Program-made: the position numbers and the translations under genes | DNA from: an uncultured Candidatus Saccharimonas sp. | Lineage (GTDB): Bacteria > Patescibacteriota > Saccharimonadia > Saccharimonadales > Saccharimonadaceae | Direction: 5' to 3' | Length of the DNA stretch: 32,000 nt | Assembly: GCA_963528875.1 (NCBI GenBank) | Contig: CAURWT010000002.1 | Span: 30,001-62,000, forward strand | The notes under the pieces: model-generated | Database searches by the model: none | What the model was told of the DNA's origin: nothing | What the model saw: the letters and a program-made list of their open reading frames with translations, nothing else | Shown here: positions 1-8,708 of the stretch, in pieces | Position numbering within the stretch: the first letter of the stretch is position 1 | How the letters are laid out: each line of letters starts with the position of its first letter

Positions 1-1602
1 TGCAGATTGAATGGCTGCTTCCGTTCGCGTATCAACAGAACTGGTTGCTTCATCAAGAATCAGCATTGGAGAATCTGCCAAAATAGCCCGCGCAATTGTG
101 AGAAGCTGTTTTTCACCAGCTGAGATATTATCAATATCTTCAGAAATTACCGTATCATAACCTTTTGGTAAGGTTCGAATAAAGTGGTCGGCGTGAGCGG
201 CTTTTGCGGCTTCAATAATTTCTTCACGAGTGGCATTAGGTTTTCCATAAGCCAAGTTTTCAGCAATTGTACCATTAAAAAGCCATGTATCTTGAAGAAC
301 CATTCCAAAAAGGGAGCGAACATCATGCCGCGACATTTTTGAAGTATCAATTCCGTCGATTGTGATTTTTCCGCTATCAATATCATAGAATCGCATCAAA
401 AGATTCACAAGCGTAGTTTTTCCAGCTCCAGTTGGGCCAACAATTGCCACATTTGAACGCGGCGCAATTTTTGTACTGAAATTCGTAATAATTGGCTTAT
501 TTTTTGAATACGAAAAATTAACTTTTGAAAACTCTACAGATCCTTTAATTTCTTTTGGCAAAGTTTTTGAAATTTCAACAAAAGTCTCTTCTTCAGCATC
601 AAGAAAGCCAAAAATTCGCTCACAAGCTGCAACCGTTGTCTGAACACTTGTCATTGAGTTTGCGATATTCGAAATTGGTTGCGTAAATCGGCTCATATAT
701 TGCATAAAAGCAGTAATCTCACCAATTGTCATCTGACCATTTAATGCACGAACGCCACCAATCACCACAACGGTTAAAGTTGAAAGATTATTGATGAAAC
801 CCATAATTGGGTAGAGAAGTCCACCAAAAAACTGAGATTTCCAAGATGAAATATACATTTTGTTATTGATTTTTTCGAAATTTTCAACCGATGATTTTTC
901 GCCATTATAAACCTTAATAACTTCGTGTGAAGAAAGCATCTCATCGGTATGAGCAGTTAAACTCGATGTAAATTTTTGTAAATCCGTAAAATAGACTTGA
1001 CTAAACTTCGAAATAATCATAATAATTCCAACCGAAATTATTCCAGTTGCAAGAGCAATTAGGCTCATTTGCCAGCTAATCGAAATCATCATAACAGTCA
1101 CACCAACAATTGTAATTATTGAATAAGAAAGCTGATTTAAGCTCTCGCTCAAACTGTTGCTGAGTGTCTCGATGTCGTTCGTAATAATTGAAACCGTATC
1201 ACCAGTTTTGTGCTTATCAAAATATGAAAGAGGTAGTCGCGCGATTTTTTTTGAAGCTTCGTCACGTAATTTAAAAACAATTTCTTGAACCATTTGACCC
1301 ATAATCCAGTTTTGCGCATAACCAAAAACTCCTGATCCAACATAGATAGCAATCAAAATAAAGCCAAGTTCGGTAATTTTCGAAAAATCAGGATTAAATC
1401 GAACTGCGCCAGATTGAATTTCAAAATTTTTAGTAATTAAATTAATCATCTCACCCACAATTTGTGGCCCAACAATCGCTGAAACCGAGCTCAAAATCAC
1501 CATAATCGCAAAAAATACAATCAGGAATTTAAACGGTGCAAAATATAGCAAGAGTCGCCAAATTGTTTTTAGCGAAAGTTTGTTTTTTTGATTTTTCGCC
1601 AT
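1..1602 (-). CDS. ABC transporter ATP-binding/permease subunit (type I exporter, MdlB/MsbA-like); C-terminus cut by window edge
   Basis: Absent from the ORF track because it runs off the window. My translation from ATG (1602-1600) stays open to position 1 (534 codons): MAKNQKNKLSLKTIWRLLLYFAPFKF..., TM region, then Walker A GPTGAGKTT, signature ISAGEKQ, Walker B LILDEATS. Its start overlaps the upstream stop (TAATG). Confidence 0.85.
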   Translation of the reverse strand, partial: MAKNQKNKLSLKTIWRLLLYFAPFKFLIVFFAIMVILSSVSAIVGPQIVGEMINLITKNFEIQSGAVRFNPDFSKITELGFILIAIYVGSGVFGYAQNWIMGQMVQEIVFKLRDEASKKIARLPLSYFDKHKTGDTVSIITNDIETLSNSLSESLNQLSYSIITIVGVTVMMISISWQMSLIALATGIISVGIIMIISKFSQVYFTDLQKFTSSLTAHTDEMLSSHEVIKVYNGEKSSVENFEKINNKMYISSWKSQFFGGLLYPIMGFINNLSTLTVVVIGGVRALNGQMTIGEITAFMQYMSRFTQPISNIANSMTSVQTTVAACERIFGFLDAEEETFVEISKTLPKEIKGSVEFSKVNFSYSKNKPIITNFSTKIAPRSNVAIVGPTGAGKTTLVNLLMRFYDIDSGKITIDGIDTSKMSRHDVRSLFGMVLQDTWLFNGTIAENLAYGKPNATREEIIEAAKAAHADHFIRTLPKGYDTVISEDIDNISAGEKQLLTIARAILADSPMLILDEATSSVDTRTEAAIQSA

Positions 1603-3473
1603 TATTTTTCTCCTTTCTTAGATTTTTTCGAAATTACCTTTTTTAAGCTTTTCTTGGCTATCTTTTTCGAAACCGAAACTGCTTTTTTAGTATTTTTTTG
1701 AGTTTTCGAAATAGTTTTTTGCTTTTCAAAATCCTTAATTTGCATTTCAATTTCTTCATCAGAAAGCTGCGAAGATGCTATTTCGCGGTAAATTTCATTA
1801 TTTTTAAGAAGTTCACCATGAATACCAATTCCAACAATCTTTCCACCGTCTAAAACAATAATTTTATCGGCTTGCATAATTGAAGTTACTCGTTGAGCGA
1901 CAATAAACTTGGTTTGCGATTTAGTTTTTATAGCAAGTTCGGCACGAAGCTTAGCGTCGGTTTTATAATCAAGCGCAGAAAAGCTATCATCGAAAATTAA
2001 AATTGGAGCTTTTGAGGCGATTGCCCGAGCAATTGAAAGTCGCTGTTTTTGACCACCAGAGAAATTTTTGCCACCTTGCGAAACTTTCTCGTTTAAATCT
2101 TCAGGCAATTTCTGCACAAAATCCCAAGCTTGAGCGATTTTTAGAGCTTCAATAATTTCTTCATCACTTAGGTTTTTCGAAGAACCATAATTAATATTTT
2201 CACGGATATTCCCAGAAAAAAGGTTTGCTTTTTGTGGAACATAGCCAATCAAATCGTGAAGTTCGCTTTGCTTTAAGTCGCGAATATCCACTCCGCCTAG
2301 TTTAATTTCGCCTTTCGAAACATCATAAAATCGTGGAATTAATTTTGCAATAGTAGATTTTCCTGAACCAGTTCCACCAATTACAGCAATAGTTTCACCT
2401 TGCTTTACTGAAAAATTGATATTTTCAAGAACGGCTTCTTCAGAATCTGGATAGGCAAAACTAACATTTTCGAAAGTTAAATTAAAAGTTTTTGGCAATT
2501 TTTGCGTTTTAGTTTTATCTTTAACTGAAATTTCTTCATCAAGAACTTCGCTCAAGCGCTTGATTGCAACATTCATCCGTGGAATTGACATAAAAATCAT
2601 CGAAAGCATCACGAAAGCGAAAGTAACTTGAGCAAGATATTGAGTAAGGGAAGTTACATCACCAATTGAAATTTCACCAGATTTTACAAAATATGAACCA
2701 ATCCAAGCAATTGCTACAAGCCCAAGCCCTGAAACCATCGTCATATATGGCGAAATTAAGCCAAAAATCCTTTCGAAAAAGATATTCATTTTGAGCATTT
2801 CATTATTGATTTCGTCAAATTTTTCTTCTTCGACTTTTTCTTTTCTATAAGCTCGAATTACACGCAAACCAGTAATTGTTTGGCGAGTTTGCATATTTAA
2901 TTTATCTAGTTTCGTTTGAAAAATCTTTAATTTTGGAACGGCAAAAATACCAATAACCGTAGTCAAAGCAATGATAGAAAAAATCGTCACAACCATAATC
3001 CAGCTCATTGAACTAGAAATAGCTAAAGTGTTAATAATTGCACCAACACCAACAATTGGGGCATAAATTCCCATTCGCATATTCATTGTGAAAGTTTGTT
3101 GAAATTGCCGTACATCATTCGTAATTCGTGTTGTAAGACTCGAAACCGAGAATTTACCAAACTCGTTCATCGAAAAGTTTTCAATTTTCTCGAAAGTTGC
3201 ATGGCGAATATCTCGCACCATCGCCCCAGCTGAACGGCTCGCGAAGAAAACTCCCGCCAGCATTAAAGCGCCACTCAAAAGAGAAAGCCCAATCATATGA
3301 AAGCCGTTTGAATAAATAGCTTCCATATTTTTCATGGATACTCCTTCGGTAATAATTTTTGTGGTATATTGTGGCAAATCAAGATTAATTTTTGCCGAAA
3401 GAACCGTAAAAATAAGCATAAAAGCTAGACTTAGCCAACATTTTTTAGCAAATTTAAAAATAAATTTTAGCAT
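1602..3473 (-). CDS. ABC transporter ATP-binding/permease subunit, probable heterodimer partner of the downstream gene; Lys-rich C-terminal tail
   Basis: 623-aa ORF with N-terminal TM domain, Walker A GGTGSGKST, signature FSGGQKQRLSIARA, Walker B ILIFDDSFSALD. C-terminus is KKAVSVSKKIAKKSLKKVISKKSKKGEK. RBS AAAGGAA lies upstream of the ATG. Confidence 0.9.
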   Translation of the reverse strand: MLKFIFKFAKKCWLSLAFMLIFTVLSAKINLDLPQYTTKIITEGVSMKNMEAIYSNGFHMIGLSLLSGALMLAGVFFASRSAGAMVRDIRHATFEKIENFSMNEFGKFSVSSLTTRITNDVRQFQQTFTMNMRMGIYAPIVGVGAIINTLAISSSMSWIMVVTIFSIIALTTVIGIFAVPKLKIFQTKLDKLNMQTRQTITGLRVIRAYRKEKVEEEKFDEINNEMLKMNIFFERIFGLISPYMTMVSGLGLVAIAWIGSYFVKSGEISIGDVTSLTQYLAQVTFAFVMLSMIFMSIPRMNVAIKRLSEVLDEEISVKDKTKTQKLPKTFNLTFENVSFAYPDSEEAVLENINFSVKQGETIAVIGGTGSGKSTIAKLIPRFYDVSKGEIKLGGVDIRDLKQSELHDLIGYVPQKANLFSGNIRENINYGSSKNLSDEEIIEALKIAQAWDFVQKLPEDLNEKVSQGGKNFSGGQKQRLSIARAIASKAPILIFDDSFSALDYKTDAKLRAELAIKTKSQTKFIVAQRVTSIMQADKIIVLDGGKIVGIGIHGELLKNNEIYREIASSQLSDEEIEMQIKDFEKQKTISKTQKNTKKAVSVSKKIAKKSLKKVISKKSKKGEK

Positions 3474-3539
3474 AATTCCTTTCGTTTTTTATAGTTTATA
3501 GAGTTTAATAGGTTCTAATATTTTAACATAATTTTTCGA

Positions 3540-3565
3540 AAATTAAAAGAGCCGCGAATTGCGGC
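3540..3565 (-). terminator. Intrinsic terminator after the small zinc-finger ORF
   Basis: GCCGC-gaatt-GCGGC hairpin (3551-3565) followed on the minus strand by TCTTTTAATTTT. Confidence 0.6.
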
Positions 3566-3582
3566 TTAACAAAAAAGGAAAT

Positions 3583-3723
3583 TCATTCTTTCACTTTGCC
3601 AGTTCGATTGCAGACATCGCAAGGGAAAGTTCCAGAACCTACAAGCCCTGGCTGTTTATACCACCCAGTCCCATCGCAGTTTTTGCATTCTTTTTCCTCT
3701 ACATAAGGTTTTGGAAATACCAC
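3583..3723 (-). CDS. 46-aa DnaJ-type zinc-finger mini-protein (two CxxCxGxG-like knuckles)
   Basis: Below the 60-aa track cutoff. GTG start sits 8 nt after AAAGGAG. Translation: MVFPKPYVEEKECKNCDGTGWYKQPGLVGSGTFPCDVCNRTGKVKE, stop TGA. A terminator hairpin follows. Confidence 0.6.
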   Translation of the reverse strand: MVFPKPYVEEKECKNCDGTGWYKQPGLVGSGTFPCDVCNRTGKVKE

Positions 3724-3949
3724 AGAAATCACTCCTTTTAGAAAGTTTCAAAGCTTATAGTTGTTTCCGCAACCTAATTTAAGCTTCGAAAAAATTATAC
3801 TATATTTTTTTATTTTAGTCAAGCGTGCTATTATTTCGAAAAATATATTGACTTTAGTTTTTATATAAGATAATATTTATAATCGTGGCATAAACAATTC
3901 AGTAACAATTAAATTAGGTATAAACCCTGCGAAACTTAAGAGAAATATT

Positions 3950-4570
3950 ATGGAATTTAAAATTAGATTTTATTCATTTTTTGCTTTTTTAACCAATAAA
4001 AGAAAGAATTTATGGCTGAGTTTTTACCCAAAAATTAGCGACAAAATTTGGCTCGCAATTTTTAAATTATTCTTTTCGAAAAATATGATTATAGCTTTGA
4101 AAGAAAATAAATCTAAAACTAAAGTTAGAACTGACATTTTCTTGTTTCGAAACCCTAAAAATGCCGAAAAATTCAAGCAGGCACAAAAAATGTCTTGGGA
4201 GGAAAGCGAAGATGAAAAAAATCGGCTGTATGGTGAAGCTCTTGAATATCCAGAATTTGCGATTTCAGATTTTTCAGAATTATTAAAAGAGCGCAAAAAA
4301 GATAATGGCGAAAAAACTAAGCTTGGTGATAGGCTAAGTTTTAGCTGTATTGAGTATGGATATGAAGGTTTTGTTTTTAAACCAGAAAATCTTTCGAAAA
4401 TTATAGATTGGTATAAAGAACAAAAGCTGCCACAGAGAAATGTTAAAATCAAAATATATAATCACCGAATTAAAAAATGGCAAAGCCTTTCGAAAAATGA
4501 AATTGACGAAATTTTGAAATCAAAAAATCCATTAAAAATTTCTGAAAAAATAGCAAAAAATAGAGAATAA
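3950..4570 (+). CDS. Hypothetical protein; start uncertain (alternative ATG at 4085)
   Basis: 206-aa ORF with no motif I recognise. Upstream promoter-like TTGACT-17-TAATAT (3848-3876). The first 45 codons are low-complexity and may be non-coding. Confidence 0.45.
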   Translation: MEFKIRFYSFFAFLTNKRKNLWLSFYPKISDKIWLAIFKLFFSKNMIIALKENKSKTKVRTDIFLFRNPKNAEKFKQAQKMSWEESEDEKNRLYGEALEYPEFAISDFSELLKERKKDNGEKTKLGDRLSFSCIEYGYEGFVFKPENLSKIIDWYKEQKLPQRNVKIKIYNHRIKKWQSLSKNEIDEILKSKNPLKISEKIAKNRE

Positions 4571-4574
4571 ATTT

Positions 4575-4603
4575 TTGTTAAGTTTTTAAAAATGTGTTAT
4601 ACT
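4575..4603 (+). promoter_or_regulatory. Sigma70-type promoter, leaderless configuration (iscS)
   Basis: TTGTTA (4575-4580), 17-bp spacer, TATACT (4598-4603), then 7 nt (attgaag) to ATG 4611. No SD. Confidence 0.6.
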
Positions 4604-4610
4604 ATTGAAG

Positions 4611-5786
4611 ATGAACGAGGAAATTATTTATCTTGACCACGCCGCCACAACACCGGTGAGCGAAAAAGTTTTGGCTGCGATGTTGCCATATTTTAGTGAA
4701 AAATTCTACAATCCAAGTGCGCCTTATGTTCAAGCTTTGGAGGTTCGAAGAGATTATGAAGACGCAAAACATCAAATTGCACAAAATATTGGCGCAAAAA
4801 GCGACGAAATTGTGATTACGGCTGGAGCAACCGAAAGCATAAATTTAGCATTTTCAGCAGCTTCGAAAGAAAATGGCGATGAAATCCTTGTTGGCGAATT
4901 TGAACATCACGCGGTTTTGAATTCAGCCAAAAAATACGGTATCCAAAAACTTGTAAGAATTAAAAAAGATAGCATAATAGACCTTGAAGATTTACGTGCA
5001 AAAATTTCGCCAAAAACAAAGATTGTTTCAGTAATGCTTGCAAATAATGAAACGGGTGTAATTCAGCCAATTTCGAAAATTGCCGAAATTGTGCGAGAGG
5101 AACGAATGCGACGGCTTTCAAATGGTGAAAAAATGCCGATTTACCTCCATTCTGATGCTAGTCAAGGTGTTGGTCAACTGGATATTTCAGTTGCAAGACT
5201 TGGCGTGGATATGCTAACTTTAAACGCTGGCAAGATTTATGGGCCAAAACAAACTGGTCTTTTGTGGGCTAATCGCGAAATTGAATTTAATGCACAAATT
5301 GTGGGCGGCGGACAAGAGCGAAATCTGCGGAGCGGAACTGAAAATGTACCGAGTGTAATTGGTTTTGCGAAAGCTATTCAATTGGCAGAAAAGCATCGCA
5401 AAAAAGAAAATGAACGCCTTCGAAAATTAAAGGAATTATTCAAAAAAACTTTAAGCGAAAACTTTTCGAATGAAGAAATAATTTTTCTTGGAAATCCAAA
5501 AAAACAGCTTGCAAGCCACATTTCAGTATCTTTTCCTGGAATTGACGCCGAGCGGATGGTTTTTGCACTCGAAATGCAAGGGGTTTTAGTGGCAACAGGT
5601 TCAGCTTGCGCGGCAAATAAAGGTACGCGTTCGCACACTTTAACCGCAATGGGCTTGAGCGATTCTGAGGCCGATGGAAGCTTGCGGATCTCGCTAGGAA
5701 AACTTTCGAATGAAGAAAACATAAAGCGTGCAGCTGAAATAATTTCGAAAACTGTGCAAGCTGAATTTAAGAGGATTCAAAAATAA
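4611..5786 (+). CDS. iscS: Cysteine desulfurase, class V aminotransferase (IscS/NifS family)
   Basis: N-terminus IYLDHAATTP, PLP-lysine region LNAGKIYGPKQTG, active-site loop GSACAA. Start moved from track TTG 4605 to ATG 4611 on promoter geometry. Confidence 0.85.
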   Translation: MNEEIIYLDHAATTPVSEKVLAAMLPYFSEKFYNPSAPYVQALEVRRDYEDAKHQIAQNIGAKSDEIVITAGATESINLAFSAASKENGDEILVGEFEHHAVLNSAKKYGIQKLVRIKKDSIIDLEDLRAKISPKTKIVSVMLANNETGVIQPISKIAEIVREERMRRLSNGEKMPIYLHSDASQGVGQLDISVARLGVDMLTLNAGKIYGPKQTGLLWANREIEFNAQIVGGGQERNLRSGTENVPSVIGFAKAIQLAEKHRKKENERLRKLKELFKKTLSENFSNEEIIFLGNPKKQLASHISVSFPGIDAERMVFALEMQGVLVATGSACAANKGTRSHTLTAMGLSDSEADGSLRISLGKLSNEENIKRAAEIISKTVQAEFKRIQK

Positions 5787-6401
5787 ATGGTAAAATTTAT
5801 TGCCTGGATTTTAGCCTTTGTGGGTTTAGTTGCGGTTTTTATTATTAGCACAACTTTAATTATTAGCGATAAAAATCGGCTCGCCGAAATTTGCCCAAAC
5901 TACAAAAAAGGCGAATGTTCTCAAAAAATTGATGCAGTTATAGCGATTTCTGGCGGAAATACTGCTTTAAGAACTCGCGAGGCAATTGAAATTTTTAAAT
6001 CGGTTGAAGCTAAAAAGTTGATTTTTTCAGGTGCAAACTCTAATCCTAAAGTTTTAAGCGATGCGCGCCAAATGGCTAATTTAGCCCGAAAACAAGGAGT
6101 TTTAGAAGAAGAAATTTTACTCGAAGAAAAGGCTCAAAACACTCACCAAAATGCACAATTTACTGCAAAAATAATTAAGCAAAATGGCTATAAGCGCGTA
6201 ACTCTAACCACTTCAAAATATCATCAAACTCGAGCAAGACTCGAATTCGAAAAAGCTCTAGAAGGTTCGGGCGTAGAGGTGATTTCGGCACCAGTTTTGA
6301 ATGATCCAGATTGGAATGGATTCTGGTGGACAAATTCACGCGGTTGGTATCTCTCGATGAGCGAGCTTTTTGGAATTTTTAGATTTTACATAGGAGAATA
6401 A
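5787..6401 (+). CDS. DUF218 (YdcF/SanA/ElyC-like) membrane-anchored protein
   Basis: N-terminal TM helix, then AISGGNTALRTREA...LIFSG...NTHQNAQF...TTSKYHQTRARLEFEKA, typical of DUF218. Junctions TAAATG on both sides indicate coupling. Confidence 0.7.
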   Translation: MVKFIAWILAFVGLVAVFIISTTLIISDKNRLAEICPNYKKGECSQKIDAVIAISGGNTALRTREAIEIFKSVEAKKLIFSGANSNPKVLSDARQMANLARKQGVLEEEILLEEKAQNTHQNAQFTAKIIKQNGYKRVTLTTSKYHQTRARLEFEKALEGSGVEVISAPVLNDPDWNGFWWTNSRGWYLSMSELFGIFRFYIGE

Positions 6402-7511
6402 ATGGATAATTCAAAAATTAAAGTATATGTTGGAATGAGCGGCGGCGTAGACTCATCTTTAACCGCAGCGCTTTTAAAAGAGCAAGGATATAACGTTGTG
6501 GGCGTTTATATGAAAAACTGGACGCAAGATTTACCAGGAATGAAATGCCCTTGGGCAGAAGATTTGGCCGACGCAAAAAGAGTTGCGGTTCAGCTGGGCA
6601 TTGATTTTAAAGTTTTTGATTTCGAAAAACACTACCGCGAAAAAGTTGTGCAATATATGCTTGACGAATACGAAATTGGCCGCACACCAAACCCCGATAT
6701 AATGTGTAATCAAGAAGTAAAATTTAAGCTTTTCTTAGAGGCTGCACTTGAAGATGGAGCCGATCTAATTGCAACAGGCCATTACGCTGGCGTTCGAAAT
6801 GCTTTTACTGAAAATTCTGACGAAAATTTCAACCTTTCGAAAAGTGGAAAAGGCGAGCTACTTCGTGCAAAAGATGAAAATAAAGACCAAACTTATTTTT
6901 TGTATCGTGTGCGAGGTGAGGCTTTGGGGCGAACTTTGTTTCCACTTGGTAAATTTACTAAACCTGAAGTGCGCGAGATGGCGAAAGAGCGCGGGCTTTT
7001 TACTGCTCGAAAAAAAGATTCACAAGGAATTTGCTTTGTTGGAAAAATTGGAATTCGTGACTTTTTAAAACAATTCATCCCCGAACAAAAACCAGGAAAA
7101 ATCATTAACAAAAATACAGGCGAAGTTCTCGGTTGGCACGACGGTGCGATTTTTTACACTTTAGGTCAGCGCCATGGCTTGAATATCGGCGGCGGACTAC
7201 CATTTTATGTTTGCGGTAAAAATATGGAAACTAACGAAGTTTTTGTAACAACTGACATCAATAACGGAGAACTTTGGTCTAATAAAATCAAAGTTTCAGC
7301 ACTTCACTGGATCAACCAAAAAGTTGAAAATGGGGCAGAAATTCAAGTTCGAATCCGCCATCGTGCGTCACTCGTGAATGCAAAAATCTTTTTCGAAAGT
7401 GACAATTCGGCAAAAATTGAATTGCAAGATGAACAGCGCGCAATTACTAGTGGTCAAAGTGTTGTATTTTATTCTGGTGAAGTTTGTTTGGGCGGTGGAA
7501 TCGTCATTTAA
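6402..7511 (+). CDS. mnmA: tRNA-specific 2-thiouridylase
   Basis: PP-loop GMSGGVDSS, NPDIMCN, ATGHYA, DQTYFL, GICFVG. Length 369 aa. Confidence 0.92.
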   Translation: MDNSKIKVYVGMSGGVDSSLTAALLKEQGYNVVGVYMKNWTQDLPGMKCPWAEDLADAKRVAVQLGIDFKVFDFEKHYREKVVQYMLDEYEIGRTPNPDIMCNQEVKFKLFLEAALEDGADLIATGHYAGVRNAFTENSDENFNLSKSGKGELLRAKDENKDQTYFLYRVRGEALGRTLFPLGKFTKPEVREMAKERGLFTARKKDSQGICFVGKIGIRDFLKQFIPEQKPGKIINKNTGEVLGWHDGAIFYTLGQRHGLNIGGGLPFYVCGKNMETNEVFVTTDINNGELWSNKIKVSALHWINQKVENGAEIQVRIRHRASLVNAKIFFESDNSAKIELQDEQRAITSGQSVVFYSGEVCLGGGIVI

Positions 7512-7513
7512 CA

Positions 7514-7542
7514 TTGACATTTTTATATTTTTATGGTAGAAT
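7514..7542 (+). promoter_or_regulatory. Sigma70-type promoter for the 7607 gene
   Basis: TTGACA (7514-7519), 17 bp, TAGAAT (7537-7542) with TG at -15/-14. About 60-nt leader. Confidence 0.55.
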
Positions 7543-7606
7543 ATTGAAGCTAAATTTGAACTTTCTAGTTTAAATTTAAGTATTTACAAAACAGAGGTAC
7601 ATTAAT

Positions 7607-8077
7607 ATGAATATGTTGATTTTAAACTGTATTGAATCAATTTTTAACACTGATAAAGCAAATCAAGAGCTTTATCGAAAGAACTACTTCTCAAAACAAT
7701 TTTTGATAGACACCCTTCAAGATGTTGGGTTTCAATCAGTTAAGGCCTTAGCACCAACTGAAGAAGGGGTAACTATTTTAAGCGCAAAGATTCATGATGA
7801 ACGGGGAAATTTATTCATAATCTCAGTTCATCATCTAGGTAATATACTAAAACTCTCAGCTCGCCCTGTCAATATTAATGGAGGAGTTCCCAGAAATGCA
7901 AACTGCATTTCTATAACGAATATTTATTCGCGAAAATATATAAAGAGTGAAAAAAAGGATGGTTTAGCTTTTGGCAATAAAACCCATACAAACCTCTTGC
8001 GAAAGTGCAAGAGTAGCGCTAACTCATTCTTCGAAGAGCTAGAAGATGAGTTCAAACGGCGCAATAAGTTTATTTAA
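7607..8077 (+). CDS. Hypothetical protein (possible distant paralog of the next gene)
   Basis: 156-aa ORF with its own promoter and terminator. No recognisable domain. Confidence 0.55.
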   Translation: MNMLILNCIESIFNTDKANQELYRKNYFSKQFLIDTLQDVGFQSVKALAPTEEGVTILSAKIHDERGNLFIISVHHLGNILKLSARPVNINGGVPRNANCISITNIYSRKYIKSEKKDGLAFGNKTHTNLLRKCKSSANSFFEELEDEFKRRNKFI

Positions 8078-8095
8078 TCAAAATATCATCATTAA

Positions 8096-8118
8096 CCCAG
8101 CAAAAAGCTGGGTTTTTT
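8096..8118 (+). terminator. Intrinsic terminator
   Basis: CCCAGC-aaaaa-GCTGGG followed by TTTTTT. Confidence 0.8.
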
Positions 8119-8181
8119 CTTGTTTTTTCCACTCTTTAAGTATATAATTAAAATCTAGTTCTTTTCACGGAGGTTTAAAAA

Positions 8182-8565
8182 ATGGATGATTTAATTTTCA
8201 CGCAAGAAAATGTAGAAAAGCTACTATTGGAGGCTGGATTTTCAAATGTTGAAAGTAGGGCATTTTTATCTTCCGAAGATCCAAATACTTTTCGAACAGA
8301 AGCTTTTCTATATAAAAACTCTTCACGAGAAATTTATATTCTAATCGAATGTTTAGGCAATGTAATTGCGATCTATATGCGAAATAATATTGATTTTAAA
8401 ATCTTAAAAAACCAGCGCTATATCATCTTAACAATCGAAAATGGCGAGATAGATGAGCGGGGTGATTTTGAGTTAAATGCCTTCAACTCAAAAAGTGTAT
8501 TTTTAAAAGCAAGCGGAATGCTTACTAATTTTATTAGTAAGCTTAAAAAAATAACCCTCCAGTAA
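8182..8565 (+). CDS. Hypothetical protein (possible distant paralog of the preceding gene)
   Basis: 127-aa ORF. RBS GGAGG 8 nt upstream. TATAAT-like box near 8143. Confidence 0.6.
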   Translation: MDDLIFTQENVEKLLLEAGFSNVESRAFLSSEDPNTFRTEAFLYKNSSREIYILIECLGNVIAIYMRNNIDFKILKNQRYIILTIENGEIDERGDFELNAFNSKSVFLKASGMLTNFISKLKKITLQ

Positions 8566-8571
8566 TTTTCT

Positions 8572-8593
8572 CCCGAGTTTTGCTCGGGTTTTT
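8572..8593 (+). terminator. Intrinsic terminator
   Basis: CCCGAG-ttttg-CTCGGG followed by TTTTT. Confidence 0.8.
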
Positions 8594-8679
8594 ATTTTAG
8601 AAAATTAAAATAGTCACAGATAATATTCTCCACTTAAATATGTTTTAATTATGTAACACGATTTATTAGTCTAAAACGC

Positions 8680-8708
8680 TTGCATTTTGTTTCAAAATCT
8701 GCTAAAAT
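8680..8708 (+). promoter_or_regulatory. Sigma70-type promoter of the rpsL-rpsG operon (about 165-nt leader)
   Basis: TTGCAT (8680-8685), 17 bp, TAAAAT (8703-8708). Confidence 0.55.

Noticed and set aside
3559-3741. 60-aa plus-strand ORF in the track
   Set aside because: No RBS or promoter, and the sequence is hydrophobic junk. It is exactly antisense to a minus-strand ORF that has a strong RBS, a terminator and two CxxCxGxG zinc knuckles, so the minus-strand reading is preferred.
3724-3949. Replication origin at the divergent strand-switch region
   Set aside because: No DnaA-box-like TTATCCACA/TGTGGATAA repeats and no dnaA gene nearby. The region is explained by two divergent promoters.
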